Below, in pieces: positions 1 to 9,667 of a stretch of DNA of 64,000 bases. Position 1 is the first letter of the stretch, and each line of letters begins with the position of its first letter. This DNA comes from Candidatus Latescibacterota bacterium (GTDB lineage Bacteria > Latescibacterota > UBA2968 > GCA-2709665), in contig OZ244937.1 of the NCBI GenBank assembly GCA_965222075.1, positions 3,584,001-3,648,000 of the forward strand, read 5' to 3'. A model generated the notes under the pieces. It searched no databases. It had not been told where the DNA came from and worked only from the letters and a program-made list of their open reading frames with translations. A program made the translations under genes and the position numbers.

Positions 1-999
1 TGCAAGGGTTGCCAGGCTGGGAGAGCTGTACCCCGCCGGGCTGTTTCCACCCCCCCAGATAAATTGACCTGTATCTTTGTGATAGGCGACCAGGGATCTG
101 TTATCGGGGCCTCCTGGGCTCACGATGGCCAGGCTGTCCAGCACAAGGGGTGAGCAGCTCATGCCCCATGTGTTTATTTTGGCGCCGTTCTCTTTCAGGG
201 TGTCTTTCGACCAGATCTTCCGGCCCGACGCCAGATCCAGGCAGTTGAGAATGCCCGTTGCGCCAAACGTGTACACCCGGTCCTTCACAATCGTGGGCGT
301 TGCACGGGGGCCAATGCCGGCGATGGTGGACTCGTACCTGGCCGTGTCGCTGTGTCGCCACCGAACCCGGCCGGATTTCAGATCGTAACAGATCACCTGT
401 TCCTGTTCTCCATGCTGTTCCTGTGTGACGGCGACTTGCCCGGCCACGGCAAAGGCCGACCAGCCGGCCCCAACCGGCTGCCGCCAGACGAGCCGGGGGG
501 GATGGTTTGACCAGTCAGACATCAGACGAACGCCGGGTAAGGTTGCGTTTCGCTCGGACCCGAGAAACTGAGGGTAGTCGGACGGGCTCCCTGTTGCCGC
601 CTCGGAAATCTGATCGCCGGGCTGAAGCGTGTGTTCTGTTACGGATGGGTCCCACCGGGATGTCCAGCGCCACTCCGGGATAGGAACCAGATCACCGCTT
701 ACACCCCGAATGCGGAAAAGCGCCGCAAACAATCCAAGAAACAGGATGACGGCAGCAAAAGAGACCAGACGGACTTTCAGTCTCAGCCGCGAAAATAACA
801 GGAGCCAGAGGATCAGTAACAGGAGCGTCACTACGAGCAGGCTTGTGGTTTGCATAACCTGCCGCTGCCGGTGCGACGAGTCCGGCGCCCAGATCACAGC
901 CACAATTAGAATGCTCAACACGGCGATCAGAAGGACAGGCCACCAGCGTATTCCCTTAACAGGGTGTTTTCCCAAAAGAAGTTTTTCCATGAAGAGCAT
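1..999 (-). CDS. PQQ-binding-like (BamB-type) beta-propeller protein with N-terminal TM segments, runs off window edge
   Basis: Own translation (absent from the ORF track): MLFMEKLLLGK..RWWPVLL..DYPQFLGSERNA..WRQPVGAGWSAFAV..GPRATPTI..LNCLDLASGRKIW. GAGGGG lies upstream of ATG 999; alternative start 990. Confidence 0.85.
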   Translation of the reverse strand, partial: MLFMEKLLLGKHPVKGIRWWPVLLIAVLSILIVAVIWAPDSSHRQRQVMQTTSLLVVTLLLLILWLLLFSRLRLKVRLVSFAAVILFLGLFAALFRIRGVSGDLVPIPEWRWTSRWDPSVTEHTLQPGDQISEAATGSPSDYPQFLGSERNATLPGVRLMSDWSNHPPRLVWRQPVGAGWSAFAVAGQVAVTQEQHGEQEQVICYDLKSGRVRWRHSDTARYESTIAGIGPRATPTIVKDRVYTFGATGILNCLDLASGRKIWSKDTLKENGAKINTWGMSCSPLVLDSLAIVSPGGPDNRSLVAYHKDTGQFIWGGGNSPAGYSSPSLATLA

Positions 1000-1095
1000 T
1001 GTTGCGATTCCCCTCAGTTTATGGGTTGTTCCGGTCCCGGCCCGGGCGGAATCCGGCGCCGATTCCATGAAGTTCTGGCCCCAGTGGCGGGGGGT
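989..1095 (+). pseudogene. N-terminal stub of a second PQQ-repeat protein (signal peptide + WPQWRG)
   Basis: MKSIVAIPLSLWVVPVPARAESGADSMKFWPQWRG, then homology stops. WPQWRG is the typical N-terminal motif of this family. Confidence 0.5.
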
Positions 1096-1101
1096 GGACG
1101 T

Positions 1102-3024
1102 TTATTTTTCGCGTTTCTCAAGTGCGGTGAGGGGCCAGTCGGGGTCGCGGAGGGCGCCGTAGATGACCCCCCCTTCGGCCTGTTTGGGCATCGGCGCGCC
1201 CAACAGGTAGCAGATGGTGGGGGCGACGTCAACCACGCGTACCTGGCGATTGAGCAGGCCCGCCCGGCGCACGCCCGCACCGGCCATGACAAAGGTGGAA
1301 TGCTGTCCCCCCATTCCAAAGCTGACCGAGGGGAGCTGTTTGCCGTGCGCGCCGTCGAATTCGGGCCGGAGCGCGTAGACGACATCTCCGACCAGGTCGC
1401 TCCAGAGGTTCACCATTTCCGCATCCGCCCGGGTGAGGGCCAGCGCAAAAGGGTGCCGGCCCGTCTTTGGGTCTTTGTATTCATACAGCGCGGCGATGAT
1501 TTCGCGCTGTACGGCCTCGTAGTCTTTCCTCGATACAATTCCCCCCGGTTCCCTTCCCTTCAGATTGATGAAGATGTGGACCAGGCCCACGTTGGCGGCC
1601 CGGGTGCGGCGCCAGTCGATTTCCCGGTTTGTTCCGCGCCCTTTGTAGACCAGGAATCCGGTTTGTTCCAGTACGTCGGCAATGTTTACAGCGCCGAACT
1701 GCTGTGAGGTCCCGCCGTGGTCCGATACGACGGCGAAGACGGTTTCGTCGTCCATCAGGCTCATCAAGCGGCCGACCATGCGGTCGATGGACGCATAGGT
1801 CCGGGCGACGCCCTGCCGGGAGCGCTTCAGCACCGCCGGGGTGGCGCCGCTGGTGGGGTCGGCCTGGCCTAAGAAGAAATGGCTGGTGTAGTCCGAGGCG
1901 TGCGTTTCCACCATCAGCAGATCCCAGTCACGGGAGCCGGCCAGGTAGTCGGCCACGTCGGCGAGGCGCTGGTGGTGGAATTCCAGGAGCTCAAAGTAGG
2001 TGTCGTCGTCAATCAGGCCCAGGGCGTCCCGGGCGGGGTTCTGGAGGAAGTTGCCCACGTGGCGGTCGATTTCTCGGGCAACGCTTTTGGGATGGGTGTA
2101 GCCGTCTGGCGGCCAGATCTGGGGCACAAAGAGCTCGAACATGTTCGCAGACCGGGTCAGGGTGATAAGTTTCATCCGGACATAGCCCCTGACTCTTTTT
2201 TTGTCGATTTCGAAGGCGTCGAGCCACCAGTCGCTCCATTCGCCCACGCCCAGGTCGGCCACTGCTTTTCGCCCATCCCGCGTTCGGCAGACCCGCACCC
2301 GGTCGTAGCCCCTGCTGGTTGAGGCGTAGATCAGGCCGTAGAAGGACACCGGCGTCCCTTTTTTTCCCCGGTTCATCGGCTCCCGCCCCCGGGCCAGGGG
2401 CTGGAGGGTGAGCACCACCTCTTTGGGGGGCCGCTTCGATGCGGGGAGGTTGCGCCAGCCTGTTGCCGGATCGATGGAGACGGGGTCGAATTCCCGGACG
2501 GTCTGCAGGGCGCTGGGGTCCAGGGTTTCCGGGTCGCGCTGCGAGACAAGCCGTCGGGGGGCCCATTTCCCGCCGACAAACAGGTGGTAGCCCGCAACTT
2601 GGTGGTGATTGGAAACACCGGGGCCGGTACCTTCCACCTGTACCCCTTTTTTGACCGTGGGCGGCCAGGACATTTCCCACTTGACCAGTATGGGAGTTTT
2701 GCCCGCCCGCTCCATGGTGTTCCAGATGTATTCCGATTCGGACAGGCCGGTGTTGATGCCCCACACGGTTTGATCGAGCCGGCGGCCCGGGGCATGGATG
2801 TTGAAGTCCATTATTTTGTGGGTGCCCGGCCAGGAGCCGGTGGACAGGGCCGTCCAGCCCGGCGGGGTCAGCGTGGGAAAGACGCCCACCATCGGCTGCC
2901 AGACGCCCCGTTTGATCAAAGATCCGATATTGGGGGCATAGCCAGCGTCGACCATGTTTTTGACGATTTCCATGCTGGCACCGTCCATTCCAACGACGAT
3001 CGCACGCCTGGCGGGACTCTGCAT
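1102..3024 (-). CDS. Alkaline phosphatase superfamily / nucleotide pyrophosphatase-phosphodiesterase
   Basis: VVGMDGA, FPTLTPPGWTALSTG (Thr nucleophile), VSDHGG, GAHG, RVVDVAPT. Start moved to ATG 3024 after GGAGG. Confidence 0.85.
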   Translation of the reverse strand: MQSPARRAIVVGMDGASMEIVKNMVDAGYAPNIGSLIKRGVWQPMVGVFPTLTPPGWTALSTGSWPGTHKIMDFNIHAPGRRLDQTVWGINTGLSESEYIWNTMERAGKTPILVKWEMSWPPTVKKGVQVEGTGPGVSNHHQVAGYHLFVGGKWAPRRLVSQRDPETLDPSALQTVREFDPVSIDPATGWRNLPASKRPPKEVVLTLQPLARGREPMNRGKKGTPVSFYGLIYASTSRGYDRVRVCRTRDGRKAVADLGVGEWSDWWLDAFEIDKKRVRGYVRMKLITLTRSANMFELFVPQIWPPDGYTHPKSVAREIDRHVGNFLQNPARDALGLIDDDTYFELLEFHHQRLADVADYLAGSRDWDLLMVETHASDYTSHFFLGQADPTSGATPAVLKRSRQGVARTYASIDRMVGRLMSLMDDETVFAVVSDHGGTSQQFGAVNIADVLEQTGFLVYKGRGTNREIDWRRTRAANVGLVHIFINLKGREPGGIVSRKDYEAVQREIIAALYEYKDPKTGRHPFALALTRADAEMVNLWSDLVGDVVYALRPEFDGAHGKQLPSVSFGMGGQHSTFVMAGAGVRRAGLLNRQVRVVDVAPTICYLLGAPMPKQAEGGVIYGALRDPDWPLTALEKREK

Positions 3025-3104
3025 AGGAACCTCCGTTTCGGTTGGATTTAAAGGAAGGACACGGAAGGGAGCTTGATTTGAACGGACCATCGACCGGATC
3101 GGCC

Positions 3105-4169
3105 TTAAACCGCATTTTCGTCCAGGGGGAGATCGATCCGGATGTTTCCTTTTTTCTGAGAGGCCATGAAACCGAGGAGGATTTCCAGGGCTTTTCGGGC
3201 CTCGCGCGGAGGGGAGATGGTCTGGCCGCCGTTTTCGATGGCGCCGATGATTTCCCGTATGGCGGAGGAGGTGTCGAAGCAGGTGAGCGATGCGGCCGGG
3301 AGAGGCCGGACCCCACCTGACGTTCCCACTTGGGCGAACTGCTCGTCGAAGGAGATCCAGCCCTCGGTTCCGGTCAATTCGGTGCTGCGCCGGCGTGAGA
3401 GGTACTTGGACCCGTTGTAGAAAGCCCGGACGCCGTTTTTGAAATGGATGTACCCGGTGCAGCCGGGTTCCAGGTCCGGGTTGCGGCCGCCGTCGCCCCG
3501 GTAGGGCCAGTAATCCTCATATCCCTCGTCCAACTCGGCAAAGACCCACTCGGGGTCCGAGTCCGCCAGGAAACAGATCAGGTCTATCATGTGCGTTCCG
3601 TTTCGGAAGAGCATGGCGCGGGGGCTGCCGAAGGTGAGGACGATGCGTTTGAGTTCCCCGATCGTCCCTTTTTCGATTTCTGCTTTGATCTGGCGAAAGA
3701 GGGGCTTCCAGCGGCGCGAATGGTTCACGCTCATAACGGCGTTGTTGCGCTCTACCGCTTCAATCATGCGGTCCGCGTCGGCCAGGGAGGTGGCGATGGG
3801 CTTTTCGCAGTAGATCCCCCTGACGCCGGATTCGGCCGCATCTACCACGATGTCCGCATGCCGGTTGTCCGAGGTGACCACGCTCAAGAGGTCGGGCTGC
3901 TGCTCGGCGATCATCTCTGTGTAGTCGGTATAGCCTTTCACACCCGGACAGCGGTTGGACCAGCCGGCCATGAAGTCGTCGATTTTTTCCTGGACGAGGT
4001 CGCAGACGCCCACGATTTCGGTTTCGGGCAAGAATGAATAGGCCCCGGCGTGCGAATGCGGCATGGAAGGGCCGAATCCGTGCTGGCCATCGGCCGGGGG
4101 ATTACCGGCGCCGATGCCGGTGAGGCCCACGATGCAGACGCGATAGGGTTTGTTTTCAGGCATTTCCAC
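3105..4169 (-). CDS. Gfo/Idh/MocA family oxidoreductase
   Basis: CIVGLTGIG, CEKP motif, NHSRRW, GTHMID. Confidence 0.9.
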   Translation of the reverse strand: MEMPENKPYRVCIVGLTGIGAGNPPADGQHGFGPSMPHSHAGAYSFLPETEIVGVCDLVQEKIDDFMAGWSNRCPGVKGYTDYTEMIAEQQPDLLSVVTSDNRHADIVVDAAESGVRGIYCEKPIATSLADADRMIEAVERNNAVMSVNHSRRWKPLFRQIKAEIEKGTIGELKRIVLTFGSPRAMLFRNGTHMIDLICFLADSDPEWVFAELDEGYEDYWPYRGDGGRNPDLEPGCTGYIHFKNGVRAFYNGSKYLSRRRSTELTGTEGWISFDEQFAQVGTSGGVRPLPAASLTCFDTSSAIREIIGAIENGGQTISPPREARKALEILLGFMASQKKGNIRIDLPLDENAV

Positions 4170-4190
4170 TCCTTATAGATGTGGTGGTTT

Positions 4191-5510
4191 TCAGATGTTC
4201 CCCAACACCTCCCGCGTTCGCTCCAGGGTGAGGTCAATGTCCTCTTCGGTATGCGCCAGAGAGATGCTGCCCTGTTTGGTGGGCAAGGGGAAGTGGTAGA
4301 CGCCCGTCCCGATGAGGGCGGTGCGGTAGCAGCCGTCAAAGTCGAAGTCGTGATGGTCTGCAATGTCGTGCCAGTCCACGGGTTCGTGGTCCATAAAGTA
4401 GGCGCAGAAGGCGGAGCCCTGCCGGCAGACCGTTGCCCCGCGTTCCGCGAACAGGCCTTCCAGCCCCTTTTGCATCCGCTCTCCCAGGCTGTAGAGGTGT
4501 TCGTAGTTCTCTGTTTCATTTTTTGCGAGCTTTTCTACGGTTGCTATGGTGGCGGCGCAGGGGATGGGATGGGCGTTGTAGGTACCTGCGATGAGCACCC
4601 GGCGGGACGGGTCCGGGTGGACGAAGTAGTCCATGAGGTCGGTGCGCCCGCCAATGGCCCCGATGGGATAGCCGTTGGCCAGGGCTTTGCCGAAGATGGA
4701 GAGGTCGGGCCTTATGCCGCAGAGGCTCTGGTAGCCGCCGAGCGCATGCCGGAAGCCGGTTTTGACTTCGTCAAAGACGAGTACGACGCCGGCCTCATCG
4801 CAGAGTTGCCGCAGGCCCTCAAGGTAGCCCGGCTGCGGTTTGACAATGCCGATGTTTTGTAAGACAGGCTCTAAGATGAGGGCGGCGATGGGATGCCGGT
4901 CGATGACGTAGCGGACGGAGGCCAGGTCGTTGTAGTTGACGACATGGATGTCCCGGAGGACGTGGCCGGGCACGCCCGCCGAGAGGGGAACGACTTTGTA
5001 TTCTCCGGGGGAGACGCGGGGGCCGACCGCGTCGAGAGGGGTCATGACGTTGACCGCCACATCGTTGTGCCAGCCGTTGTAGCCGCCCTGCACGACGAGG
5101 ATGCCGTCCCGTCCCGTGTGCGCCCTGGCAATGCGTATGGCGTGGTAGGAGGCTTCGGAGCCGGTGTTGGTGAGCATGACCTTTTCGACGGAGAGGACAT
5201 GCTGTACGATCAGTTCTGCGGTGCGGCCTTCCCAGGGGTTGGTACCAGATCCCATCAGCGAGGCGCCCTCTTTTAGGCACCGATGGACGGCAGCGTTCAC
5301 GTCGGGATCGTTGTGGCCCAGGATGTAGGGGGCGAATGCAGCGTGGTAGTCGATGTATTCGTTCCCGTCCGCGTCCCACACCCGGCTGCCCAGGCCGCGC
5401 ACGAAGGCGATTTCCGGCTCTACGGCCCGGTTGACGGAGACAACGCCTCCGGAGATGACGCGGCGGTTGGCTTTGAAGATGGATGCGGATTTCGCGCCCT
5501 GGGAGGACAT
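4191..5510 (-). CDS. Class III PLP aminotransferase (glutamate-1-semialdehyde aminomutase-like)
   Basis: WDADGNEYID, NTGSEA, LVFDEVKTGFR, FGKALANGYPIGA, GTYNAHP. Start ATG 5510 after GGAG. Confidence 0.9.
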   Translation of the reverse strand: MSSQGAKSASIFKANRRVISGGVVSVNRAVEPEIAFVRGLGSRVWDADGNEYIDYHAAFAPYILGHNDPDVNAAVHRCLKEGASLMGSGTNPWEGRTAELIVQHVLSVEKVMLTNTGSEASYHAIRIARAHTGRDGILVVQGGYNGWHNDVAVNVMTPLDAVGPRVSPGEYKVVPLSAGVPGHVLRDIHVVNYNDLASVRYVIDRHPIAALILEPVLQNIGIVKPQPGYLEGLRQLCDEAGVVLVFDEVKTGFRHALGGYQSLCGIRPDLSIFGKALANGYPIGAIGGRTDLMDYFVHPDPSRRVLIAGTYNAHPIPCAATIATVEKLAKNETENYEHLYSLGERMQKGLEGLFAERGATVCRQGSAFCAYFMDHEPVDWHDIADHHDFDFDGCYRTALIGTGVYHFPLPTKQGSISLAHTEEDIDLTLERTREVLGNI

Positions 5511-5551
5511 ACACGCTCCTTCTGTATTCCAGGGTGGGGAAGGGAGGGACG

Positions 5552-6520
5552 TCAGCAGATCATGCCGCGTTTGGACCGGATGCCGTGTGCGGACGGGTTT
5601 GCGCCGACCCAGCGCTCGTCCTGCGACTCGGATGCGAGCTGATAGCGGGAGTCCGAGGAGGTGCGGATGCGGTCTGTGTGATTGTCCGAGCTGGCGTGCA
5701 TGGTGTACATGCTGAAGACCAGCAGGTCGCCGAGTTTGTAATCCGCTGTCAGCCAGCGCCCGCCGAGTTTGTCGCGAACTTCCACAGCATCGGTGGAATA
5801 CGAGCCGGTGGAGTTCCACCTGATCCGGGATCTTTCTTCGGACGTAAGTTCGTGGTTTTCCGCCCTGGCGGTTTCGACGATCTGCGCCGCGTCGCCTTCG
5901 TTTTCACAGTATTTGTCCACGTCGGTTTGTCCGTAGGTCTGTTTGAGTTCGTCGAGACGGTGGGAGTGCTCCAGGAGCATCAGGCCGCCCATTTCGTAAG
6001 GGACGTCGCCTAAGGGCGTCCAGGAGGTGTACAGGTTTTTGGTGCCCCGTCCCATGTACACGATGTCGTAATGGGGCTGCGTTGGCGGTGTGATGCCGGG
6101 GGCTTTGACGCGGAACCAGGTGTAGTCGAAGTGGGCTACGGGGCCGCCCAGAAAACGTTCGTAGAAGGCGATCATGGGGCCGGAATAGAGCAGTTTCATA
6201 AGGGGCGGATTTTTGCGGGTGATGTCGTACATACCACCGATTTTGCCGCCGATCCTGTAAACGCCCTCCATGAGGGGATAGCGCTCGTCCAGCGCTCCCA
6301 GCGCGGCCAGGCGCTCCATGACTTCCCGACGGGCGGCCAGGACATCGTCCCTATCCAGCAGGCCAGGGAGGTAGATGTACCCGTCTTCGGCCATGCGCGC
6401 CTGGAGGACGTCCCGGTCGCTCAGGATGTCGTCAGACCTGCGTAGTTCACCGAAACAGTCCGTGGAGTCTCCCAGCCTGCTGCCGCAAAAGGTGAGCTCG
6501 AACATTTTTTCCACGCCCAT
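5552..6520 (-). CDS. Phytanoyl-CoA dioxygenase (PhyH) family Fe(II)/2OG dioxygenase
   Basis: HYD, WTPLGD, GGLMLLEHSH, MHAS, R-x-S-x-D-x-RYQ. Start ATG 6520 after AAGGAG. Confidence 0.88.
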   Translation of the reverse strand: MGVEKMFELTFCGSRLGDSTDCFGELRRSDDILSDRDVLQARMAEDGYIYLPGLLDRDDVLAARREVMERLAALGALDERYPLMEGVYRIGGKIGGMYDITRKNPPLMKLLYSGPMIAFYERFLGGPVAHFDYTWFRVKAPGITPPTQPHYDIVYMGRGTKNLYTSWTPLGDVPYEMGGLMLLEHSHRLDELKQTYGQTDVDKYCENEGDAAQIVETARAENHELTSEERSRIRWNSTGSYSTDAVEVRDKLGGRWLTADYKLGDLLVFSMYTMHASSDNHTDRIRTSSDSRYQLASESQDERWVGANPSAHGIRSKRGMIC

Positions 6521-6576
6521 AAACAGGATCTCCTTCTTTCGCATTGTGCTTACAGCACAACAAGGACCGGCTCCCT

Positions 6577-6735
6577 TCAACGTGACACGTCGACTTGTTG
6601 CACATTAATTATGCGGAAAAAGCAGAAAAGATACAAGTTAAAAGAGACGCGCTGTGCAGTTCCCGTCCGCCGGATCTGGGGGGTTACCAGTATATTTCGG
6701 ATGTCGGTCCGGTGGTCGTAAACGGGAAAACCCAT
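6577..6735 (-). pseudogene. N-terminal stub, probably of a cupin-domain protein
   Basis: Strong RBS AGGAAGGAG then MGFPVYDHRTDIRNILVTPQIR, degrading into AT-rich sequence. Family assignment is from recalled similarity. Confidence 0.45.
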
Positions 6736-6895
6736 GGGTGTCTCCTTCCTGGTCTCTGGGTGCGGTTGTCGACAAGTGAATTTTCTGGGAGGTTTTGAGC
6801 CGGGAATATATTATAATTCGGTCCGGTACGTCGGTAAAATAGAAGGATGTCAAACGCTAATTGGACCGTGTTTGGTCCGAAAACTGGAGGAGGCT

Positions 6896-8479
6896 ATGTC
6901 CGGACCTTTTGATTATGGGATTATCTACAACTGGGATGGAGCGCCCCACGGGTATTCGGAGGTGCCGCAGTCTGTGGATGCGTTTTTGGAAAAGACCTAC
7001 GCGCCCCTGGAAGAGACACAGGTGGGGGCGCTGTTCTGGTGCATCGGGGAGCATGCTGCCCGGTGGCCGGATTCCGTGATGGAATTGTTGGGGGATGTAC
7101 ATGGGCGACGGTATGAAAGTCCCGCGGCGTATTTCCACACCGAGAATATTCGCCAGATGCTGGAGCGGGGGGAAGATCCGCAGGCGTCGCTGATTGAGCG
7201 GGGCCACGAACTGGGCCTGGACGTGTATGCCTCGGTGCGCATGAACGATAACCACTTCAACGGGGCGCAGGTGGAGGACCTGGAGAGGCTGCACCATACC
7301 GAGCTGACGCAGATGCGGCGGGAACACCCGGAGTGGTTGCTGGGCGATCAGACTTCGGAGTGGTTTGCTCTCTCGTGGAACATGGCGGTGCCGGAAATCC
7401 GAGAGCACCGGTATGCGTATATCGAGGAGATATGCACGCGATATGATTGGGACGGAGTGGAGCTGGACTGGCAGCGGCATGCGTTTCACCTGCCGGAGGA
7501 TGAGGCCTACCGGCTTCGGTACGTGCTTACTGACCTGCAGCGGCGGGTGCGGCAGATGACGGAAGACCTGGCGAAGAAACGCGGCCGGCCGTTCTATCTG
7601 GCTGCGCGGGTGGCCGGTTCGCAGGAGATGTGCCGCCGCATTGGCTACGATATTCCGGTCTGGATCGAGGAAGGACTGGTGGATATACTGATCCTGGGGG
7701 GAGGCGCGGTGACCGACGCGTCTTTAGAGGTGTCCGTGTTTGTCGAGATGTGCCGGGAGAAGGGGATCGCGGTCTACCCTGGATTTGACAGCGGACTGCC
7801 CGACCCGTTCGTGGGACCGGAAGAGCGTGAAACCAAGGACCGAATGCGCACACGCGCAATTGCCAGCCGCTACCACAGGGCGGGCGCACACGGCATTTAT
7901 GTGTTCAACTGGCACGCAGACCGGAATTCCAAGCGCGAGTTACTCTCGCAGATCGGCTCTGTGGAAACGCTGCGCCGCAAAGACAAGATCTACGCGGCTA
8001 CCCACCGGTTCATCCAGAAAGAGGGACTCTGGCGCGGTGCTTACCGTATCGACCGAATCCGGGGCGAGGTCCCGGTGCCCCTCAAGAGCACCCTGACAGG
8101 AGAGATGCCGGCCATCACCCTGGACATCGCTGAGGATGTAGGAAAAGACAGCCCCTCCCATTTGGAGCTCCGTGTGCGTCTCGACCAGTGGGTGGTTGGC
8201 GATCGGGTTCGTGTATTCTGGGATGAAAAGGAACTGGAGGCCCCTGAGATCCGCTACTGCGTCCTGGACAATCCCCACCCCCCCGGAGGAGCCTTTCAAC
8301 CACCGCCTGGCATTCGGCGGATTTCGGACGTGAGCAGTGCGGCATGGCTGTGCTTTCCACTGCACCCATCGGAGCTGGAGCAGGGGCCGCACAAAGTCAA
8401 GGTCGGACTGATTGAACGCCATCCGCAGTTGGCCTGCGATATCGTTTTGACGGACGTGGAGGTGATTGTGCGGTATTGA
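6896..8479 (+). CDS. GHL10-like (family 10-like) TIM-barrel glycoside hydrolase-like protein
   Basis: IIYNWDG, YASVRMNDNH, EHPEWLL, YDWDGVELDWQRH. Start ATG 6896 after GGAGGAGG. Confidence 0.7.
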   Translation: MSGPFDYGIIYNWDGAPHGYSEVPQSVDAFLEKTYAPLEETQVGALFWCIGEHAARWPDSVMELLGDVHGRRYESPAAYFHTENIRQMLERGEDPQASLIERGHELGLDVYASVRMNDNHFNGAQVEDLERLHHTELTQMRREHPEWLLGDQTSEWFALSWNMAVPEIREHRYAYIEEICTRYDWDGVELDWQRHAFHLPEDEAYRLRYVLTDLQRRVRQMTEDLAKKRGRPFYLAARVAGSQEMCRRIGYDIPVWIEEGLVDILILGGGAVTDASLEVSVFVEMCREKGIAVYPGFDSGLPDPFVGPEERETKDRMRTRAIASRYHRAGAHGIYVFNWHADRNSKRELLSQIGSVETLRRKDKIYAATHRFIQKEGLWRGAYRIDRIRGEVPVPLKSTLTGEMPAITLDIAEDVGKDSPSHLELRVRLDQWVVGDRVRVFWDEKELEAPEIRYCVLDNPHPPGGAFQPPPGIRRISDVSSAAWLCFPLHPSELEQGPHKVKVGLIERHPQLACDIVLTDVEVIVRY

Positions 8480-8503
8480 CCTAACTTAAAAAAGGAGCCA
8501 TCC

Positions 8504-9565
8504 ATGAGCGATGTCAAATACCGTGTGGCGATTGTCGGGTGCGGCCGGATGGGACAGGTGTATGCACAGGCCTATTCAACCTATCCGGATACGGAGATCG
8601 TGGCGATTGCCGAATACAATACGGACCGGTGCCGGACCGTGGGGGAGCGGTTCGGGGTGAACGCGCTTTACCCGGATGCGGAGCGCCTGTTGCGGGAGGT
8701 TGTGCCGGATGTGGTTTCGGTGGTGACGCCGGTGAAGTATATCAAGGAGGCCGTGGTTGCCTGTGCCGAGGCGGGGGTGAAAGGGGTGACGGTGGAGAAG
8801 CCAATTGCAGGGGTACTTGCCGATGCGGATACGATGGTGGATGTATGTGCCAGGCGTGGGGTGGTGCTGGGTGGGGGCAATCTGCAGCGGGCGATGCACG
8901 AGGTTCAGGAGACCGCGCGGCGGATTCACGCGGGAGCGTTCGGAGATCTGGTCGGAGCGAGCGTACACGGGTTCGGCGGGGAGATCTCGGGGGGCGGGTG
9001 CCAGCATATTTCGGTACTGCGGCTGTTTGCGGATGCGGAGGTGGAAGAGGTGGTCGCCTGGGGGATGCCGGAGGAGGCGCTTGCCGGGGAGACGGACGAG
9101 GGATTGATCGTTCACGGGTGTTTCCGGATGCACTCCGGCCTGGACTGCCTGGTGTTCGGGACGGAGACGCCCAGCCGGGGGGTCGATGTGTGGACGCAGG
9201 ATACGCTGGTGCGGTGGGATTGGACGCCGCCGGAGATTTTCAAGGGATTCGATGGGGAGGGGCGCCGGGTGCGGATCAATCCGGGGTACGCGCCGTACAG
9301 GTGGCGCGAGTTCGGCTATCTGACAGGGTCGCTCCGGTCGTTCCTGGCCGCCGTGGAAGGGGAGGGCGAGCCCTGGATTACGGGACACGACCTGCGGCAG
9401 GCGCTGGAGGTTGCGATCGCGGCCAAGCTGTCCGCGCAGCGAGACAGCGCGCCGGTGAGGCTGCCGTTGGAAGACCGGTCCACAGCGCTGCTGCCACGTG
9501 CGTATCGATGGGTCGGGGGAGATCAGTCGGGGAAGCCACAGAGTGTGGAAGAGGCGGCGGGCTAA
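8504..9565 (+). CDS. Gfo/Idh/MocA family oxidoreductase
   Basis: VAIVGCGRMG, VEKPIA; RBS AAGGAG. Confidence 0.88.
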   Translation: MSDVKYRVAIVGCGRMGQVYAQAYSTYPDTEIVAIAEYNTDRCRTVGERFGVNALYPDAERLLREVVPDVVSVVTPVKYIKEAVVACAEAGVKGVTVEKPIAGVLADADTMVDVCARRGVVLGGGNLQRAMHEVQETARRIHAGAFGDLVGASVHGFGGEISGGGCQHISVLRLFADAEVEEVVAWGMPEEALAGETDEGLIVHGCFRMHSGLDCLVFGTETPSRGVDVWTQDTLVRWDWTPPEIFKGFDGEGRRVRINPGYAPYRWREFGYLTGSLRSFLAAVEGEGEPWITGHDLRQALEVAIAAKLSAQRDSAPVRLPLEDRSTALLPRAYRWVGGDQSGKPQSVEEAAG

Positions 9566-9582
9566 GAGACGATCCGTTCTAA

Positions 9583-9660
9583 AACCGCGGAGACGCGGAG
9601 ATTGCAGGGGGAAAACCAGAGCAGGGCGCAGTCTGATCCCGCCCTCACGTCTCCGTGGGG
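9583..9660. repeat. Imperfect inverted repeat between convergent genes (ACCGCGGAGACGCGGAG family)
   Basis: ccgcggagacgcggag (9585-9600) versus ctcacgtctccgtgg (~9644-9658). Related to copies at 14206 and 39359. Confidence 0.6.
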
Positions 9661-9667
9661 AATTTGA

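Noticed and set aside
4191-5819. Long N-terminal extensions in the ORF track (also 23776, 25296, 47809, 60649, 20923, 14676)
   Set aside because: They overlap neighbouring genes or lack homology; downstream starts with RBS and family-typical N-termini fit better.
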